Positions 25,435 through 39,002 of a stretch of DNA of 64,000 bases are shown piece by piece. The translations under genes and the position numbers were made by a program. The notes under the pieces were generated by a model. It made no database searches. It saw only the letters and a list, made by a program, of their open reading frames with translations, and was not told the DNA's origin. Origin of the DNA: Girardia tigrina (lineage: Eukaryota); contig MQRK01168336.1 in the NCBI GenBank assembly GCA_001938485.1, positions 1 through 64,000 on the forward strand. Reading direction: 5' to 3'. How positions within the stretch are numbered: position 1 is the stretch's first letter; each line of letters begins with the position of its first letter.

Positions 25435-26230
25435 CTAAAGAGTGCTAGCTGCCCCGGATAGGCCTCCTACGGGGACGGAATGTTTCAGTCTCCGAAATTT
25501 CTTGGGCTTCCCAGTTGCAAACGACCAATTATGGATTGTTGTACCATGATTGAGCATCCTTTTGGCTGTATTGGTTGAATTGGTACAGACGCGAAAGGGA
25601 AATTTGAACTCTCCCCTCGCATTTGGATCTGCGATCCTAAAAGACAAATGTGTATCTTCGGGATAAGTCGTTTGTTCCACCATCGTTGAAATAGTCGGGG
25701 TGACTGTTGCCTGCTGAAAGTCGGTCATTTGGATGAGTGTGGGTTCTTCGTCTTTGTCTGAATTGTCGCTTCTTCTGTTGGATTGCACTGATGATTCTGT
25801 GAGATGTTCATTGATATTCATTGATAATGTTTCGAAATTCATTAAAAGTATTTTTGAGTTCGATAACCTCTTTGATTCTTACATTTTCTATCGGTTAATA
25901 TTTACTTTTGCAATTTTTGATTGTATCACCGATAACTTGCTAAACGTGTCTCAATTGATCGGGAGAAAAGGTGGGGAATTTAAAATTTACACTGGTTAAA
26001 TGTGTTGGGCGACAGATTCAATATTTTCAGGATACGCCGAATTATATTCGCCAAATGGATCAACCAAAAATATTGAAATCGTGACTAAGGTTCGGCTCCA
26101 GGCAAGCAAGTCTCTCCGACCTCCCCCCTTCTCACTCAGAATCAAACAAAGGGAGTTCCACGTAGTAGTGCCTGAAACAGTAAGATGCAGAAGTGAATCT
26201 ATTGTCGCCTCTTTCTTATTGACAATTGCT
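25435..26230 (-). mobile_element. Fragments of an R2/NeSL-like non-LTR retrotransposon (N-terminal C2H2-like finger and a post-RT piece)
   Basis: FK(F)PFRVC-x12-H-x4-H, with the first Cys one base away (TTT vs TGT); WNSLCLILSEKGGGRRDL resembles the L.LP...GGLG..DL motif. Confidence 0.45.
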
Positions 26231-26259
26231 TCCCTGTCCAGTAGCTTTTGTTTGCACGG

Positions 26260-27146
26260 GTTCTTATCGTTTTTCAAGCGTTTTCCTCACGAACTAACGC
26301 GGTTATAACCACTAAGTTGTGGTCCGATCCACAATCAAAGCTCGGGTAGCTTCGGATGTTTGTCAATCTATTGCATCGATGTTTCTCTGATAAAAAAAGA
26401 TTGAGCAATTCTCTCCTTTTCGTTCCTGGATGAGTCCAGCTCGTTCTCTACTTGATTTGTTTTCTGAAGAATGTATTCTCCACGCGCAAACCACAGGATT
26501 TTGCCATGTCAACAAGCAGTTCTCCCTTCTTCGAAGTGCGGTTCCCGCTTGCGCAAGGATCCACTACGGAGCTGTTCTCATAGCATCGCTTGAGTCGGCA
26601 GTTGAAGTCACCTCCAACTAACAGTTCCATTTTATTATCATTAGCGAATTTTTGTTCTTTGTAATCACTTCCTGCAATACTGTGTAGAATTTCTCTTTCT
26701 CCTTATGTGTATACCCACAGTTCGTCGGGTCATACACTCCGATAAGTGTGATATATTTCCGTATGTAAGCAAAAATTCGATCAATAACAGATGTGAAGGT
26801 TATTTTCGTAAGATCATCTTCTTTTATCATCAGCGCGACTCCTCTTTCTCTTCGTGCCCCAGTGATACTACCACTATGGAGTATTTTCTAGCGGTCGTAT
26901 TCGGTCGTTTTATTTCCCCGACAGTGCGTCTCGATTTTGATGCACGCCTCTGTTTTTGTTCTTCTCAGAGCATCTGTAATAGATACAATCTTTTCGTCGT
27001 TCAGCCCACGCATATTCCACGTGTTGATTTTCAGTTTTCCGAGGTTGGTCTCTGTGTCGCCGGACAGTCGGGAGATTATTGACTGCGAGTCCTACCAGAC
27101 TCCTTGTTTGAGTTTCAGTAGCAACGAGTTTTGACACGTGTGGCAA
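26260..27146 (-). pseudogene. APE endonuclease of an RTE-type LINE (frameshifted)
   Basis: GVALMI, IGVYDPT, LLVGGDFNCRL, GLRVENTFFRK, SWTHP, DCGSDHNLV motifs. Confidence 0.85.
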
Positions 27147-28189
27147 TTAAATTTATAAACCAAATTAACTTGCCAACCAAACGAGTTACAAAGTAACACA
27201 CATTTTAGAAAAATATATTATATATTTGAAATTACATTAAAAATTAATTATTACATTTGAAACATATTTTAAATATTTGTACATTAAAATTAAATTAAAT
27301 TTTGTTCAAATAATCAAAGAAAATACCAATAGCCGTCTACTAAAAACAACAAACAATTAAGAACACTCATTTTAATAATTTCAATAATAATTTTATAAAA
27401 AAAGAAAAAGAAGAATAATTTAAAATCTAAAATATTGTGATACCATCTCTCAAATATATCGGAGAACATTACCAAACTACAAATAATCTTTTTGCCCTAC
27501 CTGTATTGGAACGATTATATTTTAGTTTTATTTATTTTAATTTCTCTGCCACTTTGATGCCATACGGAAATATGATCTTAATATTGGTTGCCTGGGATTT
27601 GGCTTCTTGCACTGCACCATTCGTCTAATTCTGCTAAATTAATGCATGTTTTTGATTCCTTTTTTTCTTGTTTATGTGGATGACGTTGCATATTTGAATC
27701 CAATTAGGCACCTGTCTATTAGGAAATTTGTTTTCCAGTTTTTCCTTTATTTGAATTGGCTTTTGAAAGTCCATAAATATGGCTTCAATCACTTTTTTTA
27801 TCTCATTCAGTATTATTTTACCTTTTTTAGTTAAATTTTTACCTTTTTTATTTTTAAATTTAAATTAAAACTTTAATTTGAAAATTTGAAACAAAAACAC
27901 TTAAAACATTAAATTTATCTGCTAGTTTCATTTATTTATCTGCTGATTTAGTAAATTACTTTATCTTCAGTTTTAATTTGGTATCATTTAAAAATTATCA
28001 TCTAGTTTAATTAATTTATATTATAGAATAACTTTTTTATCTCTTAGAATAATGCATTTATCTTCTAAAATAATTTTTTCTCTTTATTAAAGTGTTTGCT
28101 TTGAAATATGAAAGAAATATATAAAGTATAGAATATTACAAATATTATCTTAAAAGTAATGTGAAGATATTTGATACAAATTTATTTAA

Positions 28190-28620
28190 AATACTAATAT
28201 TTTGCAATTGTCGCCCTTTCTCGAATTACGGCTTCAATGTGTCGTGACATACTTTCTATGTAGACTTTAGCAGTATCTATGAAATTCGAGGTATGATGCC
28301 ACACTCTGTCAAATGTTGCTTGGTTGTTATCACTTGCTTAGCTAATATCTTTTTTGTGATTTCCCACGGACTTTCAATAGGGCTCAGGTGAATTCCCCGG
28401 AAAGGGTAGACTTTACAATATTTTATGTTGAAATTCAGTAACTTTTCTGGCTTTGTCACAAGGTACCGAATTGCGCATAAAATTATAATCTCCCCATTTT
28501 GGAATTATTCTTCCATCTGAAGAATAAGATGAGTATCCAGCGCTCGCTGGTATTTTTTTTGCGTTCATTATTAATTCGCAAAGTCATTCTTGTACCATAT
28601 TTCATTATATTCTTAAAATA
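28190..28620 (-). pseudogene. Tc1 transposase C-terminal remnant
   Basis: LSPIESPWEITKK...ESMSRHIEAVI motifs. Confidence 0.65.
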
Positions 28621-29129
28621 TTTTATTTTAAAATTTTTATGTAATTGAAATAATAAAAGTTTCTTTTAATTGATTTTGTCGAAGAAAGAATTGATAAAAG
28701 AATACTTTGAATTCACTTAGAGAGACAAAAATTGTATTCACCCTAAAAATAAAACAACATATAATGAAACATAGTACTTAAAATGTTCTTCATATTATTT
28801 CTAACTTTTATACAAGATCTTTTAGAAAATCGATTTTTAAAATTATTTTACTTCTTTTAATTTTATTATTTTTGTTTCAAAGAAACTGAAACACGTTTAA
28901 AATTATAGTTGTATTTAATCGAAAGATATGTGAATTTAATTGTTTTATTAACTGCTGTCTGAGATTACATTAATATTCTCCTAAAATTGTAGAAAAATGT
29001 ATGTTTTACCATTTTATAAAAGTTCCTTGTAAATTATGTCTACGCCTAATGGGCATTTAGAAATATCTAAAATTTATATAAACTTTATTTAATTTTATCT
29101 TTTTATTGAACAATTTTTGATTTCGTTTA

Positions 29130-29171
<42 letters not shown>

Positions 29172-29173
<2 letters not shown>

Positions 29174-29330
29174 TTTGAGTAACCATTTATTTTTTCACAA
29201 TTGAAGACATGTTTTATTCTTCACAGAACATCATCAGAAAGGTCGTCCATTACTAGAATAGATTATTAGACATTCAAAACCGAAAGTAAAAGAGAGACTG
29301 AATTAAACTCAGAACATTTGTTTGAATTCT
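29172..29330 (-). mobile_element. PLE pseudo-LTR with a degenerate hammerhead (29200-29240), abutting (AT)n
   Basis: CTGATGA-T-GTTCT(gtga)AGAAT-AAAA-CATG-TC (GAAA changed to AAAA); flanks homologous to 47930-48070. Confidence 0.65.
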
Positions 29331-30039
29331 GATTGACTATTTGGCTAAATACACATAAATGTTTTACCGAGAATTATCTGATTTTCGGTCTAAAACTTAA
29401 TTATGAGACACAGTTGACAGTTTAATCCCCATTAATTCAGCCAATCGGGTCATCTACTATCGAGCGCCAAACCCAATTTATTTAAGCCTAAGATAAACAT
29501 ATGTTACCAAAGGGTTTATTATTTTATATCGACTTCCAGTCAATTCAATTTCTGATTTTAATTGTTAGGAATCATATTATTATTAAAAAATTATTATTCA
29601 AATTTGTTATCATTCAAATATGTATTAATTTATTTAAATTTAATTAAATATGATTCCAAATATTTCATTATTAATTCTGATATTTTTATATAATTTGTTT
29701 TAATTATCAAATATATTTTTGGGTAACAACTTGATTGTGTAATATTCAAGTACGATTAATAACAATTGTTAGGATTTGGCGTTTTCATGAATTTTTGAAT
29801 ATTTGAAAATTAAAAATATCAAAGTATTTAAAATAAGAATTTTATTGAGATTAATTTTTATAAAGTAAAACATATTTTCTAAATAATTTCTAAGTTATAA
29901 TTTTTTAAAAAAAATTTGTTTCATAATTTAAGCTAAATTAAAGAATAACTCGAAAATTTAAAAACAGAGTAAAATCAAATAATATAACTCTAAAATTAAT
30001 TTCATATATAAACGCATGGCAAAAGAACGAAAATCAAAT

Positions 30040-32730
30040 ATTACTTTGCTCCTCCATGGCATAAGTTGTGAAGTCTAGAAAATTCGGCATATCTGTGGCA
30101 TTCTAGTAGGAGGATTCTTGAAATTTTTGTTGACTTATCTACTAGGAGGTCGTCTTTGTTTCGGTCGATAATCAGTGGAGAGTGAAGGATGTTTTGGATA
30201 GATGGTCTTTCTTTTGATCTTCCATTAACTCTTTGAGGGTGATGTGGGATAATTCCTCGGTGTGCTCTTCCTCATGTCGGGATAGGAAATCGGTTACTGC
30301 GTTCTCTGAGCCTTTGATGTAGTTTATTTCCATATTGAACTGAGAGAAGAATTGGATCCATCGCCATTGACGATTTGATGGGTTCTTCATTGTTTGGAGA
30401 TATAGTAAGGCTTATGATCTGTTTGCACTTTGAATTTGTGGTTTTCGAAGTAATGCTTGAAATGTTTAACCATAGGGACTATAGACAGAAGTTCACGGTC
30501 TAATGTGGCATATTTTTTCTGTTGTGGTGAGTTTCCTAGAAATAAAACATTTTGGTTTCATATAACCTTTTTTATCTTCTTGGTTGAAGCTACTGCCTAC
30601 AGCTGTTTCTGATGCTTCTGTACATAATATGAATGGGGAACTGTCGTCTGGTAGACCCATTGTTTTGATATTTTTTGAGTTTTGATTTTGCTTCTTAGAA
30701 AGCTCTCTAATGTTTCACCTATCACTTGAACTTGATTCCACGTTTGTTGCTCTGTGCGACCAGGTTGTGAAGGGGGGCTAAAGTCTCTGATAGTCTTGGA
30801 ATTAGCCATTGGTAAAAGGTAATTTCTCCGATGAACCTTCGTAGCATTTTGGTGGATCTCAGAGACTCTATTGCATCAATATTACACAAGTTCCTCTGTG
30901 TTGGTTTGACACCGAGTTTTGAAATGTCGAAACCTAAAAATTCAAAGTTTGATTTGTTCCAGTTGCATTTACTAAAGTTAATTTTTAGTTTGGCAGACTT
31001 CAATCTGTTCAGGATATCTTGTACATTATGCTTGTGTTCTGTTTCGTCCTTTGAAAATATAATAATATCATCGATGTATGCCAAGGCGTATGCTTCGGAT
31101 CCTCATAGAATGGAGTCAATTGTTCGCTGAAATGTCTGCGCCGCATTCCTTAATCCAAAAGCATGAAGTTATATTCATAGAGTCCGAAAGGAGTGATGAC
31201 GACCGTTTCGTGTTTATCAGCTTCCTCAATCTGGATTTGATGATAGGCTTTCTCGATGTCGATCGTAGTGAAGAAAGCACATTTTGATATCTGGTCGAAT
31301 ATATCGATTATTCTGGGAAGAAGATACCTGCTAGGTTTGGTTTTGGCGTTTATGAGTCTGTAATCACCGCGCAATTGAAGTGTGCTATCCTTTTTCTTGA
31401 TGATCACGAGAGGAGAGGATCAGTCGCTATTGCTATCTCGTATAATGCCGTCTTTGAGTAGCAAATCGAACTGTTTTCTAACAATCCGAACATAGAGTTC
31501 GCCGTGCGACGCGCTCTTTGAGAAGATGGTGGACGGGATCTTTCGATGGATAGTGATGGTAGGCTGATCAGGTTTTGTATTTCTGTCGGCTTCCGGAGAT
31601 GCTTTTGGTTTTTGCAGTCTATCAGAGGTTTAAATGGGCTAAAAAATCGAAACCCATGATTGGTCGGCGGACTTCTGTGACTGTGAATCTCTATTTGAAG
31701 TCTTCTAATTTGAAGTTAATACTGGAATATGGAACTGAAGAAGTTTCTCACCGAATCTTTTGATTTTGACATTGTTGGGGGATATTAATTCGCGGTTGTT
31801 TGTTGTTGAGTCTGGCGGAAAAATGGTTCGAGATAGAACACTAATATCTGCTCCTGAATCGATTAAAAAATGAATATTATTGTTTTTGGATGTAGCAGGG
31901 ATGGTGAAAATAGCGTTGACTTTCATCTTGTTTTGAAAGTGATTAATAGGGGCCTCAGTGTTCGACTTCACTGGGTCCCTAGCTCTTTTTCCGGAAAATT
32001 TTCTGCTCTCAAGGAGCACGGTGTTTGACATTTCCTCGCCAATTTACCAAATCTTTGATGACAGAAACATAGTCGTGATCCATCGCTGTGAGATTTGTTA
32101 AGGCAATTCTTAATCCAACTGATTTCCCATTTAATCTCTTTTATTGCTATGTTAGAAGACTGAATTTTGGGTTCGATTGTCATCAATTGCGTATCTTCTA
32201 AGGAGAAATGATCATCGGCTTTGGCGCTGAGTTCCTCTAGACTGAGCGATTGGAAACTTATCAGGTGGTGTCTGATTAAAGTTAGAAGAGCAGCTAAGAA
32301 TTGCTGTTTGATCAATTCACACTTATTTAGATCTGCATTGGATCAGATTATTCGGTGGCATTTCCTTAATTCTTCGAGCAATTTAATGGGCTTCCATTGA
32401 TGTTCAGTTCCGAGTTTGGTCAAGCGGCGTAAGGCTTGGGCTGCTGTCATCGTATTTTCCTTGAGGAGAGCCTGTTTCAGTTTTTCATATGGAGAATTGT
32501 AGGAAGGATCCATGGCAGATGTAAGTGTCTCAAAAATGTCAAAAGGTAGGCTGGTAAGAACATGGAAATATTTTGTCTTCTGGTTGGAAATGTTTGCGAG
32601 TTCGAATGCGCTTCCACTTGAATGAACCAGTTAGCAATATTTTTGAAAAACGGAGGGATTCTGACTTGAATGTGACTGGACTCAGCCACTTTTCTGAAAC
32701 CAGTGTAGTCACTTTGATCCATAATTAAAA
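30040..32730 (-). mobile_element. Degenerate Ty3/Gypsy internal region (gag, protease, RT, RNase H)
   Basis: RIPPFF..NWFIQVEA gag; CFCHQRFGKLARKC; FLIDSGADISVL; GDYRLIN; KAYHQI; TPFGLYEY; YIDDIII; YIKGSENAVTDFLSR. Confidence 0.92.
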
Positions 32731-33954
32731 ATAATCTAAATAACACATTTTAAGAAATGTTTATTTTTATAAAATTCTGTTTATTTAAACAAATATATTT
32801 AATTTCAATTATTGCATTTTAATGCATTTTTAAAATAAAATATATTTGTCTGATATTAAGATTTAGGCATTAGGATTATTCCTACAATATTCGATTAACT
32901 AAGTTTTTTTCTAATGATAAATTTTAGTTTACAGGTTTAAGACTTAGTTCTCTCTCGTGGTACTGGATATTAACATTTTTACTTCAGCTTAAAAAAATTG
33001 TAATATTTTCGTACTGTCCAAAGCTTCATATACATTACGAACTACTTATCAATAAAAATTAAAAGTATCAATAATAAAATTATAATTGTGAATAGGAATT
33101 TAATTAATATTAGTCTATGAAAATTAGTTCGTTAGAATAATAAGCATTTTGGCATTTATTAGTTTCGTGGTTGTGTTCTGCTGAAAACTCTAATGAAGTT
33201 AAATTTCAACAATATAACATAATATTTAAACAAGTTTTGTTTAAGTATATTTCTGAGGAACACGTTTTCATTTTTCTCGTACAAACCAATAATACATATA
33301 AAATATAAATATATAATTTAAATGTACATTTTATTATTTTAGAAATATTTAATATTGTATTATTTTGTAAAACGTTTAGTGATATTTTAATTCAAAAATT
33401 TAAAATAGTTTCCGAAAATTCTCACAGCATTGTTTTGAAATATATAGTTATATCACTTTTAAATACAAATATAAATCACTTTTTTACAATAATTTTGAAA
33501 AATTGAACTAAAGCTATAAAAATATTTCAATTAACCTAAATCTTCTTTTATCCAAAGCTTTCCTCATTCGTTTTTAGATGAAGAAGTTAGGGTCTTAAGG
33601 AAACTTTATTTGTAACAAATATAAATAAATAATGTTTTAATTTTATTATCGAAAACTTTTTTATGAAATGATCATAAAAAATTAAAAAAAATATTTTCTA
33701 AATAAATAATCTTAAATGGAAAATTTATTTGAATTTCAACAACAAGCGACTGTGATAAATCAAAGGTAACCGGAAATGTTGTTAATTACAACATTTGCGA
33801 AAATTTTAGAAATATTTGTGACCACTAAATTAATTTTTTTACTTTGAATTGAAGTCGGTATTAATTGTTCTTTTCTAATTCAATTAATATTGTATTTTAT
33901 TGTGTATGTATAAAAATTTATTTAAGATTGTGAATTTTAATTCGAGTAATTTAG

Positions 33955-34173
33955 ACATTAACTGTGTTATGTCGAACTGGGCTCAATGGTCCCGCTGCTC
34001 GGTTGACTGTGGTACAGGGGTACAGAAACGGTTTCGCAAAATCTTAATTCCTAAAGAAAATAATGGGAAAAATTGTGATCATGTCCAGCAAGCCAGAGTA
34101 TGTCGAAAAGAAAATTGTTCTGTACTAAAACAGGTTGCAATGGTGAAATCTAAACGGCATGAAAAGTCAAGAA
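33955..34173 (+). CDS. SBSPON: Exon 2 of the SBSPON-like gene: TSP1 (spondin-type) repeat
   Basis: TTTAG|AC acceptor gives G+AC=Asp in frame with exon 1; CVMSNWAQWSRCSVDCGTGVQKRFRKIL..NNGKNC..VQQARVC..C; donor A|GTAAAA. Confidence 0.85.
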
Positions 34174-34177
34174 GTAA

Positions 34178-34222
<45 letters not shown>

Positions 34223-34351
34223 TAATTATTAATTATCGGCTCATTTCATTTTTTATTTTAACACAGATTCTCTGATAAAAATTATTTAATTTAACATTCT
34301 TTCATAAAAAAATTCGTAAATTTGTTTTAAAAAATTTCATAAAAATTTTAG

Positions 34352-34362
34352 ATCCTGAATAA
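34352..34362 (+). CDS. Possible short terminal coding exon of the SBSPON-like gene (..N-P-E-stop)
   Basis: TTTTAG acceptor at 34350-34351 is phase-compatible with exon 2; the TAA overlaps AATAAA. Confidence 0.35.
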
Positions 34363-36340
34363 ATAAAAATCTGCAGCAATGATAATAAATAATTCATTTA
34401 ACTGTCTCGATTCATTAAAAGGGAAAAATTCGAATGACTGATCACTCGCTCTGATTGGTTGGCCAATCAAATCGAGTAATTCAATATATGGAACAATTTT
34501 GTCATAAATTATAACTCCACCGTCATACAGGCTAGGCCAATCCAATATCGGCACATACACACTGCCAATCTCCAAATCCAAAGAGTTCTTTGTCTGGATT
34601 TGAATCAAATTAACAGTGATAACAAATCATTCAAAATTATTTTATTGCTATTATTTTTAGATATTAATTTCTTTCTTTCATTTAAGCATCTTTTTTATTA
34701 TTTATATATCACTTATATATATATAAAAGAATTTAAGCAAACAAAATTTAGGAACTTGTCATCCGAAAAAATTATCTGAGTTCAAATAATTTGAAAACAA
34801 TTAAACATGAAAAGACTGTTGACTCGAACTTGAAGAGAGAATTTCTGTTATAAATATAAATACAAAATAATATAATTAAGATGAATTCTATTTCAAAATT
34901 CTGAAAATATGTTTATACATGTATTCTTTTTAACATATTTCTTTTAAAGTCTTTCAATTTAAATCATCGGTCCTTACTTTAATTAGGTTTTGAAATTTAG
35001 GTTATAAATTTCAAAAATTATTTGATCTATCCATTTAAAAGGTTATGATTTTTATATATTACTAAATAAATAAATTAAAAATTAAAAAGTTAAAATTAGA
35101 TTATTCTTTTTAATAAATAATTACCCTAAGTTTTTGCAAAAAAATTCAAATTCTATAATACTTTTTCAAAGTATGTTTTTATTACAAATTTTGCAGAATG
35201 ACATAAAATTTGAATAGAAGATTAAATTTAAATTTGTGTATTAATAAGTAAATAACTAAAATAACTAAATAAAAAAATTAAGAAATTAAAAAAGCAGAGA
35301 AATAAAAAATTAAAAGAAATAGAAAAAATATGTTTTCTAGAATAAATTATATAATATCCTTTTACTGTTTTTCTTAACGACACACCCAATAAAGATAAAG
35401 GTAATATTATTTACTACATTTTATTTACTTTTTAGTAGTTTTTAATAATATTTATATTGTACAAATTTTGATTTTCTTTGTATAAACTGATTTTGAGAAG
35501 GTCGAATTCATCGATGTTTGTCTTCGATTTTCTTTCTCCCCCTGACATTGTCATAAGGGGATGTTAATTATAAAGAATAGCAAAATACCAAAATATAGAT
35601 ATAAATTTTATAAGAAAAAAGGGCCATATAGAAATTCAAAAATTAAGATATTTTTATCCAATATTTTCAAGTATATATAAAAATTAAAAAAATGATATTT
35701 TAAAAATATTAAAGATGAATAATAAAAAAAATCCAAAACATAATATAAAATTCGAAATATTTAATATAAAAAATTACTTACTTTGAAATAAAATTATTTA
35801 ATTAAAAACAATTGCAATAATTTTAAAATTTAAAAGAAGAAAGAAAGGACTAAATAAATGAAATTGGAGAAATAAAAATCGATTTTTTAAAGAAAAGAAG
35901 AATCGAAAATACAAATGGCAAAAGTTTTAAAAGAAAAGGAGATGAAAATTTGGTTATATTTATATGTGATATCATTAATAAAATTTTAGTAATTATGAAT
36001 TCTCATTTGAATTTTGAAAATAATATAAACCCAACTATCAAGCATCAATTATAAACTCTCTATCTTCGTGAAATTTATTTAAATCTTCGCCGTCTTTTTT
36101 TTGTTCTTTTATTTCTCGATTCTTACTTCTACTATTCTATAATTTGTATTGTTCAATTTCTGTGGTCGTCGGATTAAGAATTGGCAAGATTTGTTTACCG
36201 TTTGCATTCTGCTTTTCTCTAATTGTTTTGCTTTATCATCTTTGTCGATTCTACGTATTTTATTTATTTTATATGATTAAATTTTTGTTGTTAATAAAAG
36301 TTCAATTTATTTGAATTTTAAAATAGCTTTCATATAATTA

Positions 36341-36512
36341 ACTAGTAAATCAAAAAAAACATTTTTATATCATGCTTTGTGCAGACAGAATTCTTGTTTG
36401 CCAACAAAAATATTTAAAAAAGACACAATAAAAAATTACAAAATACTGTTAGCCAAGCAGAGTTCCGCCCGCATAAAGCATGGATATAAAAATATTTTTT
36501 TAACTTACTAGT
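36341..36512. repeat. Imperfect palindrome formed by two inverted ACTAGT-ended copies of a dispersed repeat
   Basis: Arms 36341-36406 and 36445-36512 are imperfect reverse complements; the same end sequence occurs at 12665-12710 and 49387-49436. Confidence 0.7.
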
Positions 36513-37944
36513 TAGACTTTAAATCGGTTTATTGGACTTTATTTATTTTTTAATTTATTTTCTGAGTAATATAAACTACTTATAATTTATAAGTAGATCA
36601 TTTTCAATTTTCACACAATCACTTATTGTCATCAATAATGAGTAAGTGTGTAAAGTTTGAAGAAAATTAATTGAGTAAAAGGCCTTCAAAAATAGGTTTT
36701 AAATTCCAAGGATATATATATGTATATAAGCGTAAGCTTATATACAGAACGTAAAAACAGTTTTAATTATCTTTATTTTAAAATTTAGTGTGAAGTTTCC
36801 GATTTTTAAACAATACTATTTTTTATCATAAACACATTTTTACAAAATAAACATTTTTTAAAAATCATAGGCATTCAATGGTCTTTTATTTTGTCCGAGA
36901 TATATCACAACAACCGGTTTTTTCGCGATTCATTTTAGTTATTATTTTTGATTATTTGTTATTAAAATTACTAGATTTTAATTTAATTAATCTTAATTTG
37001 TTTTAAATTTCTCGGTATGTTGTAATACTTTGCAAGAAGCAGTCTTTAGCACGTTCGAATGGATTCAAGGTCTCCTGGCAGCAAATAAATTGTTGATCTT
37101 TCATCGCCGCTGTTAAAGACCACGGAACAAAACAAGAACACAATTTTATAATTTCCGTTGAGGCAATTATTTACTAAAAAGTATTTTTGCAGAAATTAAA
37201 TGTCATTGTTAGTTCCATGGTGATTGTACAATTGCATCCTAATATTATTTCTTTTGATATTTTTTTTCTGAATTTATTTATATTGCTATTTCTATTTAAT
37301 TTTAAATATTTTTATTTATTTATAATATATGATTATTTATTTTTTTTATTTCATTTTACATATTATAAAGTTATTTATATTTATATTTTCCGGTATTCAG
37401 ATTGTCAGTCTCGTCTATTGAGCCTTTCATTAGGCGGACATTATTTTTTTATTACATAAACTAGATATATGTTAGGATCAGAGAGTTTTTCCTTTGGCTC
37501 GGCCTCGGGCCTATTCATTGCACCGGCACCGAGGTGGGCAAAAGAAAAGACTCCCAGGATCTGAAAACAAAAAAATAAAAATGATTATAATTATAAATTA
37601 TAAATTAGTTTATAGTCTTATCCGATTCACAAAATTGATGATGAGGCGTGTTGATGATTTATTGGATGATTTCAATTTTTAATAAATCTTTAATATGCAA
37701 AGTTTTGTTCATGTTCTTTTCAGTAAACATATTAAAATCCAATTTAAAATTAAATAGTAGAGAAATGATAAATAATTAAATATGAGTCGTAAGAACTCGA
37801 CAGCAGCTTGATTCTCCTCAATGGTTAGAATCATAGGGCCAGATGAGTATAATCTTGTATGATATGGATCTCTGATAAGTGATCGGTAGAGACACTCTGC
37901 AGAGAGGCATATTTAAATAATATGTTGGGTCTATTATAATATTA

Positions 37945-38404
37945 TACTATTTATAAGCAGCATCACAAATTTGAGTGTTAACATTTATTAACAACACAAG
38001 CAGATTCTTTACAACAATTTTCAGTGAGCATCTTTCTTAGATTGATATAGTTTTTGTTTTTTGTATTCAAATCTAAAATTTAATTATTGGGACCAGTTTA
38101 ATATTAACTTTTAATTTCTCAAAACTTTTTTGGATAAAAAGGCATTAAGTAATTTTTAAAATATACATTAATTTTTAAAATATATGAAATTCAAGAAGTT
38201 AAAATCGTTTACTATAAATATTATTAATAATTTATAATTATAAAACTTTTAATTAATTAGTATTTAAAAATTAATCTTATTAAATTAATTTCATTAGATT
38301 CAAATATTTAACCAATGACATATCAATCCCGCCTGAGTAGGAAAGTCTCAAATACAAACAGCATACAAGCAACAATCTTACAACATTCCGAATTTTCCCT
38401 CATA
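37945..38404 (-). repeat. Solo LTR (TGTGAGG family)
   Basis: Aligns along its length with 39003-39450. Confidence 0.75.
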
Positions 38405-39002
38405 TTATTGATAAATGTATAATAGTTATTTTTCGATTAAATTCTCTTTGCTATATTAGTAAGGGAATATTAAATTCAAAAATTTTTTAAAAATCAATTT
38501 AAAAATTAAAATAATAATTATTATACAATTATTCTTTGAAATTAAAAAATATTTTCTCAACGAACACATTATTTTAGTGTTATCATTTATCAAGAACTGA
38601 AATCCTACTAACTAATTATCCGAATTACTAAATACCTACAAAGATCCATTATCATCAGTGAAACGACTCCCAATTTTTACTTTACAATCTTTTCCTTACT
38701 AAAACAAAACTAGCAAATATACCAACATTCTACTGAGTTCATTGACTGAGTTGGGTATTTGACTGATTGTATCTCTGTTAAAGTTACTTATTATTTGTTA
38801 TTTGATTCTAAAGACCGTTTTTCGTTTTCTGTGATTCAACTATTAACCTTATTTTTAATCCTTCGTTAATAGTTATTATTATTAAAATATAATTTTATAA
38901 TCAAAATTTTCTTTTTATTTTATTTTTTATTTATTCTTTTTACAATATTAGTCTAACAAGGCTAATCAAATAATAACATTTAATTAACCTTGATTTACTA
39001 TT

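Noticed and set aside
37020-37160. Cys-containing - strand stretch (piggyBac CRD remnant or exon)
   Set aside because: Motifs need several frameshifts and cannot be assigned by eye
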